From Candidatus Coprovivens sp. (GTDB lineage Bacteria > Bacillota_I > Bacilli_A > RF39 > UBA660), in the NCBI GenBank assembly GCA_051886175.1, contig JBJEXV010000003.1, positions 1 to 63,105 on the forward strand: a DNA stretch of 63,105 nucleotides, written 5' to 3'. A program made the translations under genes and the position numbers. A model generated the notes under the pieces. That model was not told where the DNA came from. It saw only the letters and a list, made by a program, of their open reading frames with translations, and made no database searches. Positions 50,089 through 60,070 of this stretch are shown here, in pieces. Numbering within the stretch: the stretch's first letter is position 1; the number at the start of each line of letters is the position of its first letter.

Positions 50089-51273
50089 TTATTCGTCTGA
50101 GAAATTATCAAAGTATCCTTGAATAAATACGATTGGTGTTCCTTTATCTCCAGAACCACTTGTTAAATCACATAGTGAACCAATTAAATCTGTTAATCTT
50201 CGAGGTGTTGTACCTTGAGTTTCCATCTTCCCTTTTAAATTCTTATCTTTTGTTGATATTTCTTTTTTCATTGCATCGATTAATTCTTGTCCAGATAAAT
50301 CTTTGTATTTGTTATCAGAAATATATTTTAATTTTAATTCATTTGGAGTTCCTTCTAATCCTTTTGTGTAAGCTGGACTTACTACTGGATCAGCTAGTTC
50401 CCAAATTTTACCAACTGGATCTTTAAATGCACCATCACCATAAACCATTACTTCTAATGTTTTACCAGTTTTTTCTTTTAGCATTTTTTGAATTTTCTTA
50501 ACTAATACATCACCAGTTTTAGGGAATAGTTTTAGCTTTTCTTCAGTTGATTTATTAGAACCTAATAAACCATATTCAGGATTACAGCCACTATCTCCAA
50601 TTGGTTTACTCATTATATCAGCTAAACTATATACTGTAGTTTTTTTACTACTTAGTAATTTTTTTGTTTTTTCTCTAGTATGGATATCACATACTAATAC
50701 ATTATTTGTATATTCTAAAATAGTTTTTGGATCATTAGAGAAGACGAATTCTACTTCGCAGTTTTCGCTTTTAACTAATTCTCTATAGAAATCAACCATA
50801 TTAATTCCAGTAAATGGATGGATGAATTTCCCAAATACTTTATCGTATTCTTTTTCAGTTATAACACTACTTAGAGTGTATTTACTTTTTTCAAAAGTAT
50901 CTTCATCTAAGATTCCGTTTCCTACTTCATCTGAAGGGAAGCTTAGTTGGATATATATTTTATCCATTCCTCTTGCCATTCCTTTTAAGCATATAGAAAA
51001 TCTATTTCTTGAAAGTATTGGGAATAGTATACCTACTTCTTTTGAAGGGTATTTTTCTTGCATATCTGTTGCAATATCATCTACGGTAACGAAGTTACCT
51101 TCAGCTTTACCTACTACTGCTTCGGTAATTGCAACGATATCCTTATCATGAAATTTGAATCCTTCTGATTCATGAGCAGCCATGATTGAATCGACTACTA
51201 TTGATGCTAAATCATCGCCTGCTTTAATTATAGGGGCTCTTATGCCTCTAACTACTGTACCTACTGTTCTCAT
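50089..51273 (-). CDS. CofE-like (F420-0:gamma-glutamyl ligase family) protein
   Basis: N-terminus VVRGIRAPIIKAGDDLASIVVDSI...DKDIVAITEAVVGKAEGN fits the CofE-family pattern as I recall it. Start at 51273 behind GGAGG. Confidence 0.45.
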   Translation of the reverse strand: MRTVGTVVRGIRAPIIKAGDDLASIVVDSIMAAHESEGFKFHDKDIVAITEAVVGKAEGNFVTVDDIATDMQEKYPSKEVGILFPILSRNRFSICLKGMARGMDKIYIQLSFPSDEVGNGILDEDTFEKSKYTLSSVITEKEYDKVFGKFIHPFTGINMVDFYRELVKSENCEVEFVFSNDPKTILEYTNNVLVCDIHTREKTKKLLSSKKTTVYSLADIMSKPIGDSGCNPEYGLLGSNKSTEEKLKLFPKTGDVLVKKIQKMLKEKTGKTLEVMVYGDGAFKDPVGKIWELADPVVSPAYTKGLEGTPNELKLKYISDNKYKDLSGQELIDAMKKEISTKDKNLKGKMETQGTTPRRLTDLIGSLCDLTSGSGDKGTPIVFIQGYFDNFSDE

Positions 51274-51379
51274 TTCTTTCCTCCGCAAATATTATACCAC
51301 TATAACTTTAGGTTAACTCAAAAATTTTTAATTTTTTCATAATATTTTGGAATATAAAAAGATAGTGTTTATAACTATC

Positions 51380-52219
51380 TTATTTATTACCTACTATTAC
51401 TTTTCCATCTAAGTTACATATATAGCAATCTGGGAGTTGTTCTTTTATGTATTTTAGTAGTTCTTTATCTTGTTCTACTTTTCTACCAACAAATATACCT
51501 TCTATAAGTTTGGCTGGTAATCCAAACATTATAGCAGTTTCTCTATTTGTTGTATTTGCATTTCTATTTAATCTATCGTTCAAGAATTTCTCATAGTAAC
51601 GATAATCTATGAATTGTTTTACTGTTTCTGGAGATAGACTTGGGTTCCATACGTCATTTTTTATCATTTCTTTACCAATTTCGTTATCCATATTTAAAAT
51701 GAATGCTATTTGTCTTTTATTGGCTACTAAACTAGGTATGAATCTAACTTCTTTAGTTTGTTCTCCCCAGAACATCCATACGTCTTCTTTATTGTTTAGT
51801 GTTTCTGTGTATTCATCAAATTTATGGTATGGAATTAGTTCTGATACTTCAGTAGAACCTGGTCCTCTACCTATTGTGTATGTGATAGTAAATCCACTAT
51901 ATTCGTTTATATATTCTTTTAAGTAACAATCTTTTTGTATATCCCACATACCTATGCTACTTTTTATTTTGCTTGTTACTGATTGGTTAGTAAAGTCATT
52001 ACCAATAAATCCATTTTGGATGATCCAATCAAAGTTATCTTTTAATCCTGGTATGCCATGGATATGTGTTCCTTTTTTTAGGTATACTTCATCTCCTATA
52101 TTGTATTTGTTTTTTTCTATTGATGTATCTTTGTAGAATAGTTCTACTTGTTTAAGTAGGAGTTCTTTGGTTTCATCTTCGTAGTTGTTATTTATAAAGT
52201 CTATGTATTGTTGTTTCAT
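51380..52219 (-). CDS. Hypothetical protein
   Basis: 279-aa ORF with an extended -10 promoter (TATGCTATAAT) and GGTGAT RBS upstream. No motif recognised. Confidence 0.5.
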   Translation of the reverse strand: MKQQYIDFINNNYEDETKELLLKQVELFYKDTSIEKNKYNIGDEVYLKKGTHIHGIPGLKDNFDWIIQNGFIGNDFTNQSVTSKIKSSIGMWDIQKDCYLKEYINEYSGFTITYTIGRGPGSTEVSELIPYHKFDEYTETLNNKEDVWMFWGEQTKEVRFIPSLVANKRQIAFILNMDNEIGKEMIKNDVWNPSLSPETVKQFIDYRYYEKFLNDRLNRNANTTNRETAIMFGLPAKLIEGIFVGRKVEQDKELLKYIKEQLPDCYICNLDGKVIVGNK

Positions 52220-52268
52220 AAAATATCACCAATATTATTATAGCATAGAAAAAAGACCTTTATGGTCT

Positions 52269-53636
52269 TTATCCTATTGCTTTATATATAAAGTCTATTA
52301 TAAATAGTATTGTAAATATATAAATTATTGGTGATACTTTATGTTCTTCTCCATCATCTTTTTTACTATGTACTAGATTTACTATACAATAGAAGATGAA
52401 ACCAAATTGAATACCTGTTGTAATTGAGTATGCTAGAGGCATCATTATGATAATAAAGAACGCTGGTATTCCAATTAATTTATCTTTCCAATCTATTTTT
52501 ACTACATTTTCTACCATTGATAATCCTACAAATATTAGAATTGGTGCGATTGCTTGCATTGGTACACATTCAACTATTGGTGCTAAGAATATTGCTAGTA
52601 TGAAACATATTGCAGCACTTACTGCAGTAAGTCCTGTACGTCCACCAGCTTCTATACCAACACTACTTTCAACAAATGTAGTTATGTTACTAGTTCCTAA
52701 TAATGCTCCTACTGTTGTCGTTGCCGAATCACATACTAATGCTTTTTCTAAGTTTTTAGGCATGTTACCTTCTTTATCTAGTTTAAATATTCCAGCTTTT
52801 TTACCTGTACCAATGAATGTTCCAATTGTATCAAATAAATCTGATATTACTAGTGTAAATATTGTCATTATAACTACTACTATTCCTGCTTTTGCTGTAA
52901 ATAAGCCAGCAAAATCTAATTTTAGGAATGTAGGTGCTAATGATGGTATTACTCCGTTGTCAAAGTTTGGTAATTGAGTTACTCCCATAAAAAGCCCTAA
53001 GAAGCTAGTTAGTAATATTGATATTAAATATGAGTTTTTAACTTTTTTTGATACTAATACTCCAGTTATTATTAAACCAATTATGGATAGTATTATTTCT
53101 GGTGTATTGAATGTAGATAGTTGTGGGACAACTCCTTTAGCTATTCCTTCTTCAATAAAATCTGCTCCAAATTGGATTAGACCAGATTTTATTAAGCCAA
53201 TGTAAGTAATAAATAGTCCTATACCTACGGTAATGGCTTCTTGCATAAATTCTGGTATTGCTTTTATTATTTTTTTCCTTACACTTGTTAGTGTAACTAG
53301 AACGTTAATTATTCCGCATATAAATACCATTGCTAATGATTGTTGCCATGTAAATCCAAGTGTTCCACATAAGGTATATGTAAATAATGCATTAAGTCCT
53401 AATCCTGCACTTTGAACATAAGGGACATTAGCAATGATTCCCATCATAAATGTTCCAATAGCAGATGCTAGTATTGTAGCCATATATATTGCACCTTTAT
53501 CCATACCTGCACCTTCAAGTATTATTGGATTTAGGAAGATGATATATGATATTGCCATAAATGTAGTAAGACCAGCAAGTATTTCGGTTGATACTTTAGT
53601 CTTATGTTGCTTTAATTTAAATATTTTATCAAGCAT
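52269..53636 (-). CDS. NCS2-family nucleobase permease (adenine/guanine/hypoxanthine type)
   Basis: N-terminus FKLKQHKTKVSTEILAGLTTFMAISYIIFLNPIIL and about 12 TMs, typical of AzgA/PbuG-type permeases. Confidence 0.8.
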   Translation of the reverse strand: MLDKIFKLKQHKTKVSTEILAGLTTFMAISYIIFLNPIILEGAGMDKGAIYMATILASAIGTFMMGIIANVPYVQSAGLGLNALFTYTLCGTLGFTWQQSLAMVFICGIINVLVTLTSVRKKIIKAIPEFMQEAITVGIGLFITYIGLIKSGLIQFGADFIEEGIAKGVVPQLSTFNTPEIILSIIGLIITGVLVSKKVKNSYLISILLTSFLGLFMGVTQLPNFDNGVIPSLAPTFLKLDFAGLFTAKAGIVVVIMTIFTLVISDLFDTIGTFIGTGKKAGIFKLDKEGNMPKNLEKALVCDSATTTVGALLGTSNITTFVESSVGIEAGGRTGLTAVSAAICFILAIFLAPIVECVPMQAIAPILIFVGLSMVENVVKIDWKDKLIGIPAFFIIIMMPLAYSITTGIQFGFIFYCIVNLVHSKKDDGEEHKVSPIIYIFTILFIIDFIYKAIG

Positions 53637-53706
53637 GTTTTCACTCCTATTATTCTATTATAGATTTATTATATCATATAAGAAATAAAAAAAGTAAATC
53701 ATTGAT

Positions 53707-54315
53707 TTACTTTTTAATAACTTTTTTAGCCCAATGTCTTCTTTTACATTTTGGACATTTTAGATATCTTGTTGTTCCCATATGTATAGCCCATAATGCT
53801 TCTTTGTAAGTTGGTACAATTTCGTGACCACAATTTTTACATTTGTAAGCACCTACACTTACTTCTAGTTTTAATGCATAAAAGCAAGGTATTAAAAATA
53901 TTATACATAATCCTATTATTATAACTGCTTGTAATGGTCCTTCTGGTACTAAGAATGTAGTTGCGAATATACCACCGAAAAGTGCTAGAATACTTACTAG
54001 CATAATAACCCACATAGAAGTCCATATTATTTTATTTTTTTCTACTTCTTGTTCTGCTATTTCTAATAATAGTTTTTCGTTTTTGTCTTTGTAATCTTTC
54101 ATATCAATTTTTTCACCGCTTAAAAGTTCATTAACATTTATATCTAGTATTTGACATAGTTCAAGCATAATACTAGCATCTGGTAAACATATTCCTCTTT
54201 CCCATTTACTAACTGCTCTATCTGAGATATTAAGTTTTTCTGCTAATTGTTCTTGTGTTAGTTTTTTTAATTTTCTTCTAGTAGAAATAAACTCACCTAT
54301 TTTATTTAAGTCCAT
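53707..54315 (-). CDS. Membrane-tethered XRE-family HTH regulator with a C-terminal zinc ribbon
   Basis: HTH LTQEQLAEKLNISDRAVSKWERG, two TMs, then CKNCGH...CPKCKRRH. Confidence 0.7.
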   Translation of the reverse strand: MDLNKIGEFISTRRKLKKLTQEQLAEKLNISDRAVSKWERGICLPDASIMLELCQILDINVNELLSGEKIDMKDYKDKNEKLLLEIAEQEVEKNKIIWTSMWVIMLVSILALFGGIFATTFLVPEGPLQAVIIIGLCIIFLIPCFYALKLEVSVGAYKCKNCGHEIVPTYKEALWAIHMGTTRYLKCPKCKRRHWAKKVIKK

Positions 54316-54386
54316 AAACTTTTCTCCCTTCTTATGGTAATTGTATAATTTATTTATAGAATATAAAACAAACCAGTGGTTGAGTT

Positions 54387-55346
54387 TTATATTCTATATA
54401 TTATATCGTTATATATTTTTAATAATTTATCTTTATTTTCAATGAAGTTAAGTAGTTCTTTTGTCATACTGATACTATCATCTATTCTATTTGGTTCATC
54501 AATGTTACTTAGTAAGTATTCATACCATTGTAGTTTACCATTTATTGCACATGTAAGGGCATCACTATAGTTGGTATTTAATGGACCATATGTTTTCATG
54601 TAACTATTAATATATAGTTTGTAATAGTCATAATTTATAGTACCATTTTGTCTTGATAATGCAAATGCTGATTCAGCGAGTGATACTGCTGGATTTGATA
54701 ATGATGATGCATCGAAGTCAATTAGGTATATTTGTTCATTATTCCATAAGATATTTTTTAGTTTGTAATCATTATGACTTATGCATAAGTCTTTATTTAT
54801 TTTAGGTAATAGTTTATTACAGTTATTAATTAGATTAGTTAATTCTTTTTTATGAGTTAACATTAGTTGATATAGTTCTTTATATTTATCTTGTTGTTTT
54901 AGTTTAGTTAGGTATGAATCATAATCTATGTTAATTGTTTTATATTGTATAGGTAGATTGTAATGTAATTTTAGTTTGTGTAATGATGCTAATGTTGAAG
55001 ATAATGTTTCTATATAATAGTTATTAAGTTCTTTAGAATCTAATGTTTTATATTCTAAGTAGTTATATATTAAATAATAGTTATTATTATAATGAATAAA
55101 GTTTTCATTATTAAATTCTATTGGTAATATTGTTGGTATTCCACTACTATTTAATACTTTACTTATATCTATTTGTTTTTTTCTAGTATTTAGATCTTGT
55201 TCATTTTTTATAGCAGCTTTAGAATATTGTTTTACTAAGTATTCGTTATCTAATGTAGTTACTTTTACTACTGAGTTTTGAGAACTATCTACTGGTTCAA
55301 TATTAGTTATTATACCTAGATTAAGTTGTTTAAACAATTCGTTCAT
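54387..55346 (-). CDS. Aminoglycoside/choline-kinase-type phosphotransferase family protein
   Basis: Catalytic loop ISHNDYKLKNILW and IDFDAS (HxDxxxxN ... DxD). Confidence 0.65.
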   Translation of the reverse strand: MNELFKQLNLGIITNIEPVDSSQNSVVKVTTLDNEYLVKQYSKAAIKNEQDLNTRKKQIDISKVLNSSGIPTILPIEFNNENFIHYNNNYYLIYNYLEYKTLDSKELNNYYIETLSSTLASLHKLKLHYNLPIQYKTINIDYDSYLTKLKQQDKYKELYQLMLTHKKELTNLINNCNKLLPKINKDLCISHNDYKLKNILWNNEQIYLIDFDASSLSNPAVSLAESAFALSRQNGTINYDYYKLYINSYMKTYGPLNTNYSDALTCAINGKLQWYEYLLSNIDEPNRIDDSISMTKELLNFIENKDKLLKIYNDIIYRI

Positions 55347-55383
55347 ACTATCACCTATTATGATTATAACATAAAAAGAATGG

Positions 55384-55818
55384 TTATTTTAATGACCATT
55401 CTTTTTTTAGTAATTCTCCGATTTTTTTTCTTTCTTCTTTTGTAAATATATCTTTTTGGCATTTGAATCTATTAGTTGCCCACTTCCAAAAGTTATATCC
55501 GAAATGTTTATCTTTATATTTTTTATTTAAGATAGTAGTTACTTCTTTGTATCTTGGGAAGAAATGAAAGTGAACGTGTGGTGTTTCGTTATCACGATAA
55601 GCATTGTTCATTAAGCAAGTGAAGTTAAACATAGTAGCTCCGAGTACTTTTTTACATACTCTTTCTAGTTCTTTTTCAATAATACCTAATTCTGTCCATG
55701 CTTCTGGTTCTAGATCACTTAATGTTTCTTTATCATTTCCTATAATACAATAGCCAGGGAATTCTTGGCACCAATCACCATATATTACATCCCAATATTT
55801 TCCTTTATGTAGTTCCAT
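55384..55818 (-). CDS. HIT-family nucleotide hydrolase/transferase
   Basis: Histidine triad HVHFHFFP. Confidence 0.7.
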   Translation of the reverse strand: MELHKGKYWDVIYGDWCQEFPGYCIIGNDKETLSDLEPEAWTELGIIEKELERVCKKVLGATMFNFTCLMNNAYRDNETPHVHFHFFPRYKEVTTILNKKYKDKHFGYNFWKWATNRFKCQKDIFTKEERKKIGELLKKEWSLK

Positions 55819-55866
55819 ATTATCACCAATTATATTATAGCATAGAAAAAGAGAGTTATTACTCTC

Positions 55867-56226
55867 TTACCATATAATATTATTTATTACTATTCCTAAA
55901 AAATAAGAACATAGATTTAATATTAATGATAGTAGGAAGCCATTTATCTTTTTGTTAGTTAAACATTTATGATATATGAATCCTTCTATTAGGAATGCAC
56001 TTAGTTCAAATATAGGCATTGCTATATTATAGGCTTTTATACTAATACATACTTTTATTAATGTAGTTGAAGCTACAAGTATGGGATTAGTTAAAATATT
56101 TACTAGCAGTACATTCATTAAATCTTTTTTATCTCTTATTTTAAGGATAAAAGCAATAGTACACTCTATTAAGAGTGTACTTATTAAACATATTATCATT
56201 ATCTTAGGTAATGCATATAAAAGCAT
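55867..56226 (-). CDS. Small membrane protein (4 TMs)
   Basis: 119-aa hydrophobic ORF that begins 7 nt after the stop codon of the 720-aa gene. Confidence 0.5.
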   Translation of the reverse strand: MLLYALPKIMIICLISTLLIECTIAFILKIRDKKDLMNVLLVNILTNPILVASTTLIKVCISIKAYNIAMPIFELSAFLIEGFIYHKCLTNKKINGFLLSLILNLCSYFLGIVINNIIW

Positions 56227-56233
56227 ATGTCAC

Positions 56234-58396
56234 CTATTTTTTATTTTTTTTCTTTTTTTTGTTCTTTTTAGCAGCTGGTTTTTTAGGTGCTTCTGGTTTT
56301 TCTTCTTTTTTAAGAGCTTCGTCTAGTAATCTTACTAGTTCTTTGTGTTCAATTGTAGCATCTGAATCGATATGTTTATCTAATTCTAATGCTTCATCTA
56401 ATAATCTTACTAGTTCTTTATGTTCCATTGTAGCTGCAGAATCAACATGTTCTTCTTTTAATGCTTCATCTAATAATCTTACTAATTCTTTATGTTCAAT
56501 TGTAGCATCTGAATCAATATGTTCTTTTTCTAAAGCTTGGTCTAATAATCTTACTAATTCTTTATGTTCAATTGTAGCATCTGAATCAATATGTTCTTTT
56601 TCTAAAGCTTGGTCTAATAATCTTACTAATTCTTTATGTTCAATTGTAGCATCTGAATCAATATGTTCTTTTTCTAAAGCTTGATCTAATAATTTAACTA
56701 ATTCTTTATGTTCCATTGTAGCTGCAGAATCAACATGTTCTTCTTTTAATGCTTCATCTAATAATCTTACTAATTCTTTATGTTCAATTGTAGCATCTGA
56801 ATCAATATGTTCCTTTTTTAATGCTTCATCTAATAATCTAATTAGTTCTCTATGTTCAATTGTTGCATCTGATGGTTCGTTAACTTGAACTATTGATGGC
56901 TCATCATCTTTCTTCTTTTTGTTAAATAGTACGATCACTACTACAGTTGTAATAGATAGAATTACTGCTCCTCCTATGCAAATTAGAGCGGTTTCTAATG
57001 GTGTCATACTCTTTCCTCCCTTTTCTTCTTCTGGTTTGTCAGGTTCTTCAGTAGGTTCTTCTGGTTTATCAGGATCTACTGGTACAAACTCATAAGTCAC
57101 GTCTTCCTTAGATACCCATCCTATTACTCCATCGTATTCAACTAAAACGAAGCTACGTTCTATTGAAGATTCATTAGTAATATTAGGTATATCTTCTATA
57201 CTATACTCTTCACTAATATAACTCAATTTACTTCCTTTTGCAATAGTTATATCTAATTTTTCTGATTTATTGTTGTATTTATACATTGAAATTTTGCTTT
57301 TGGCATTAACTGTATTTTCTGCATTCCAACTGTATATTTCTGCAAAATCAGTTTCTTTTCCAAATATCCAATATTTTTTACCTTGGTAAGTAATATGATA
57401 TTTCATATCTAAGTTATTATAGTTTTCTGCACTTGTAATTATTTCATAATTAAAATCTAGTTTAGTTAAGTAAGGGATTGTTACGCCACTAACTGGTGTT
57501 GTGTCGTTATAGTTTTCATAAACTTTAAGACCATCTTTTTTAATTACTAGTAGTTCACCTTCGTATTCATCAGCAGTGATTGTTTCACCAGGTCCATTAT
57601 TGAAATAAGTAAATAACCAACCACTTATTCCATCTACTGTTACGTACATTGCTGTACATTTTGGTCCTGGATAAATGTATGTTGTATATGAAATGAATTG
57701 GCCACCTTTGATTGTACCTGTTATTGCACGATTTTCTTCATACAAATCATTTAAATTTGTATATAGATTAACATCAGCTGCTAGGAATGTTGTTTTTGGT
57801 TTTTTCATTACTACAACAGCTGGAATTGTGTTTTTGCTTTCGTATGGTGAATAACCTGCTAATCCATAAACATATACCCAACCTTTTATTCCGTTGTATT
57901 CAGTATATATCCACATTCTTCCAATACCTTCCATTGGATCGAAGCTATATTGAAAATCTAAATAAGTATCTTTTGGAATTAATGTATTTTCAATTTTACC
58001 GTAAACAATTGATGGTCCTTTATACATTTCTACATTTTCTAATAGTAGGTATCTGTCACCATCTTTGTTTTTTTCCATTTTGGAGAAGTCTATTTCATTT
58101 GAATAAACCATTACATCTTCAGCATTAAGTTCTAAATAATTATCATTGTAATTAACACTTAATGTAAGTTTACCTTCATATTGATGTTCGAATGTTACTG
58201 TTACTACTTCGTTATAAGGAATAATAACTTCTACTTCTTTTCCACCTTCCCAAGTTGTTGCAGTAGCTCCGTTTGGGTTAGTTATTATTACATCGTACTC
58301 GTATGATTCTGGTGCTCCCATGTCAGCATTTACTAACATTGGGAACACTAGGATTAAACATATTGTTAAAATGAACTTAAATAATTTATTCTTCAT
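56234..58396 (-). CDS. Exported SH3b-like repeat protein with a TM anchor and a cytoplasmic tail of eight 24-aa tandem repeats
   Basis: Signal peptide ...VFPMLVNA/DMGAPE. GWVYVY / GISGWLF / IGWVSKEDV SH3b-like signatures. TM ALICIGGAVILSITTVVVIVLF followed by KKKK, then (DATIEHKELVRLLDEALKEEHVDS)x8. Start set at 58396. Confidence 0.65.
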   Translation of the reverse strand: MKNKLFKFILTICLILVFPMLVNADMGAPESYEYDVIITNPNGATATTWEGGKEVEVIIPYNEVVTVTFEHQYEGKLTLSVNYNDNYLELNAEDVMVYSNEIDFSKMEKNKDGDRYLLLENVEMYKGPSIVYGKIENTLIPKDTYLDFQYSFDPMEGIGRMWIYTEYNGIKGWVYVYGLAGYSPYESKNTIPAVVVMKKPKTTFLAADVNLYTNLNDLYEENRAITGTIKGGQFISYTTYIYPGPKCTAMYVTVDGISGWLFTYFNNGPGETITADEYEGELLVIKKDGLKVYENYNDTTPVSGVTIPYLTKLDFNYEIITSAENYNNLDMKYHITYQGKKYWIFGKETDFAEIYSWNAENTVNAKSKISMYKYNNKSEKLDITIAKGSKLSYISEEYSIEDIPNITNESSIERSFVLVEYDGVIGWVSKEDVTYEFVPVDPDKPEEPTEEPDKPEEEKGGKSMTPLETALICIGGAVILSITTVVVIVLFNKKKKDDEPSIVQVNEPSDATIEHRELIRLLDEALKKEHIDSDATIEHKELVRLLDEALKEEHVDSAATMEHKELVKLLDQALEKEHIDSDATIEHKELVRLLDQALEKEHIDSDATIEHKELVRLLDQALEKEHIDSDATIEHKELVRLLDEALKEEHVDSAATMEHKELVRLLDEALELDKHIDSDATIEHKELVRLLDEALKKEEKPEAPKKPAAKKNKKKKKNKK
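56311..56872 (-). repeat. In-frame tandem repeat, 72-bp unit, about 8 copies
   Basis: The period was checked directly: gttctttttctaaagcttgg occurs at 56521 and 56593. Central copies are identical or nearly so. The array encodes the 24-aa repeat of the cytoplasmic tail. Confidence 0.9.
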
Positions 58397-59927
58397 ATTT
58401 TTTGTCATCCTCTTTTACTACTGGAAGAACTCCTGTAGTTGATGGAACTTTTATTTTGTTATCATCTTCATGTGTTTTTGCTACTGGTGTAATTTCTACA
58501 ACTGGTTCTTCTTTTTTATTTTGCTTTTTCTTGTTTACAAGAATAATACTTACTACTGCAGTTAATGTAGCAATAATTGCTGCTCCACCACAGATAAGTC
58601 CGATTTGTAAACCAGTTAGTTTTTTCTTTTTAACTGGTTGTGTTGGGTCTTCTGGTTGTTCTGGTGTTTCTATTACTTCTTCCATTTCATCATAATATTC
58701 AAATTCTTGTTTTGAATATTTTATTGTTTCATATTGAGCCCAACCTCTATCTTCACCATGTTCAATGTAATACCATGAATTGTTATCAGTATAATAAGTT
58801 AGTAAAACATCGATTGTTTCTCCTGATTTTATAGTAGTAACTTTTTCTAATGATTGTGGTTCTTTATATATTATTAAATCTTCTTTTAGTGTATAAATAC
58901 CTTTTGAGTATGATGTAATAAATAATTCACTATCACCTTTTAACCAATATTTTTCACCTTCGTATGTTACTTGATAAGCTTGGTTATATACAAAGTTCCA
59001 ATTATCATAGTCTGATTCTACTACTTCAGTAGTAACGCTATATTTTGCATCTAATAATGTATATTTATCAACAGTTAGTTTTGTTGGTTTTTCATCATAG
59101 ATATTTTTATAAAGTGCAAGTGGTTTATCAGATTTATGCATTAGTTTTAATTTACTGCTTACTACAGCATCTTCTACTGTTGGTTCACCATAGAATTCTC
59201 CCATATATACCCAACCACTTATTTTATCTGTTTCAATATAGTAACCAGTATTACGTGTATATGTATAACTATAATATTTTACGTCATATTCACCAGGTTC
59301 AAGTTCACCAGCAAGATTCTTTTTATAACGATCTGCATATATTGATAGTTTATTTTTTAGTACTAGTACTTTAGTATTTTTATTGGCGATTATTGCTACA
59401 CCTGAATTCATACCTGTTGTTGTGAATCCTTCATGTTGATATACGTAAATCCAACCTTTTGTTCCTTCATATTCAATGTATGCCCATTGTTCATCTCTAT
59501 ATTCAAAATCAAGTGTTACTCCTTTAGGAATTATTTTACCTACTTTGCCATACATAGTTGATGGACCTTTATACATTGCTACGTTTTCAAGTGTATAGTA
59601 CTTTATACCTTGTTCATTTTTATTAAAGTTTGTAAAGTCTATTTCTTCTGAAAAAACTTTAGCATCTTTTGAACTAATTTGACCATATATACCGTTATAT
59701 TCTACATCTAAATATAATTCGCCATCTTCTTCATATTCAAAATGTACTGTTATTTTTGTATCATATGGAATTGTTGTTTTTGTTCCGTTATAATCTTCTA
59801 TTTCTACACCATTTGGATTAGTTATTATTACATCATAATGATATGTTTCTGGTGCACCCATATCAGCATTAACCAATATTGGTAAAGTTAAAATACAAAT
59901 TAATGTTACTATTATTTTTTTTATCAT
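58386..59927 (-). CDS. Paralogous exported SH3b-like repeat protein with a TM anchor and a short tail
   Basis: It has the same signal peptide and mature N-terminus (LVNADMGAPETYHYDVIITNPNG) as the downstream gene. GWIYVY / ISGWVYM / RGWAQYE motifs; TM LICGGAAIIATLTAVVSIILV. No tail repeats. Confidence 0.65.
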   Translation of the reverse strand: MIKKIIVTLICILTLPILVNADMGAPETYHYDVIITNPNGVEIEDYNGTKTTIPYDTKITVHFEYEEDGELYLDVEYNGIYGQISSKDAKVFSEEIDFTNFNKNEQGIKYYTLENVAMYKGPSTMYGKVGKIIPKGVTLDFEYRDEQWAYIEYEGTKGWIYVYQHEGFTTTGMNSGVAIIANKNTKVLVLKNKLSIYADRYKKNLAGELEPGEYDVKYYSYTYTRNTGYYIETDKISGWVYMGEFYGEPTVEDAVVSSKLKLMHKSDKPLALYKNIYDEKPTKLTVDKYTLLDAKYSVTTEVVESDYDNWNFVYNQAYQVTYEGEKYWLKGDSELFITSYSKGIYTLKEDLIIYKEPQSLEKVTTIKSGETIDVLLTYYTDNNSWYYIEHGEDRGWAQYETIKYSKQEFEYYDEMEEVIETPEQPEDPTQPVKKKKLTGLQIGLICGGAAIIATLTAVVSIILVNKKKQNKKEEPVVEITPVAKTHEDDNKIKVPSTTGVLPVVKEDDKKYEE

Positions 59928-60070
59928 TTTATTTTTACTCCTTTTACTTCCTTATATACTAATATTGCTGTTATTAATATCATAATTAATGATGATATTA
60001 TTACGAATAAGAATGGCGTTAGACCATATCGTAATATTGCTTGGCTGAATATAAATGTTATGTTTTTCAT
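59924..60070 (-). CDS. Unlisted 48-aa small membrane protein ORF
   Basis: Translated by hand: MKNITFIFSQAILRYGLTPFLFVIISSLIMILITAILVYKEVKGVKIK. Its ATG overlaps the upstream stop (ATGA) and its TGA overlaps the downstream ATG (ATGA). Confidence 0.5.
   Translation of the reverse strand: MKNITFIFSQAILRYGLTPFLFVIISSLIMILITAILVYKEVKGVKIK

Noticed and set aside
53637-53706. Purine riboswitch upstream of the NCS2 nucleobase permease
   Set aside because: The 70-nt gap contains only the upstream gene's terminator, an extended -10 promoter and the RBS. There is no room or motif for a purine aptamer.
56211-56872. Regularly spaced repeats as a possible CRISPR array, and the 157-aa plus-strand ORF across them
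   Set aside because: The 72-bp units are contiguous, with no unique spacers. They are in frame within the 720-aa minus-strand gene and encode a 24-aa peptide repeat. The plus-strand ORF is an artefact of the repeat.
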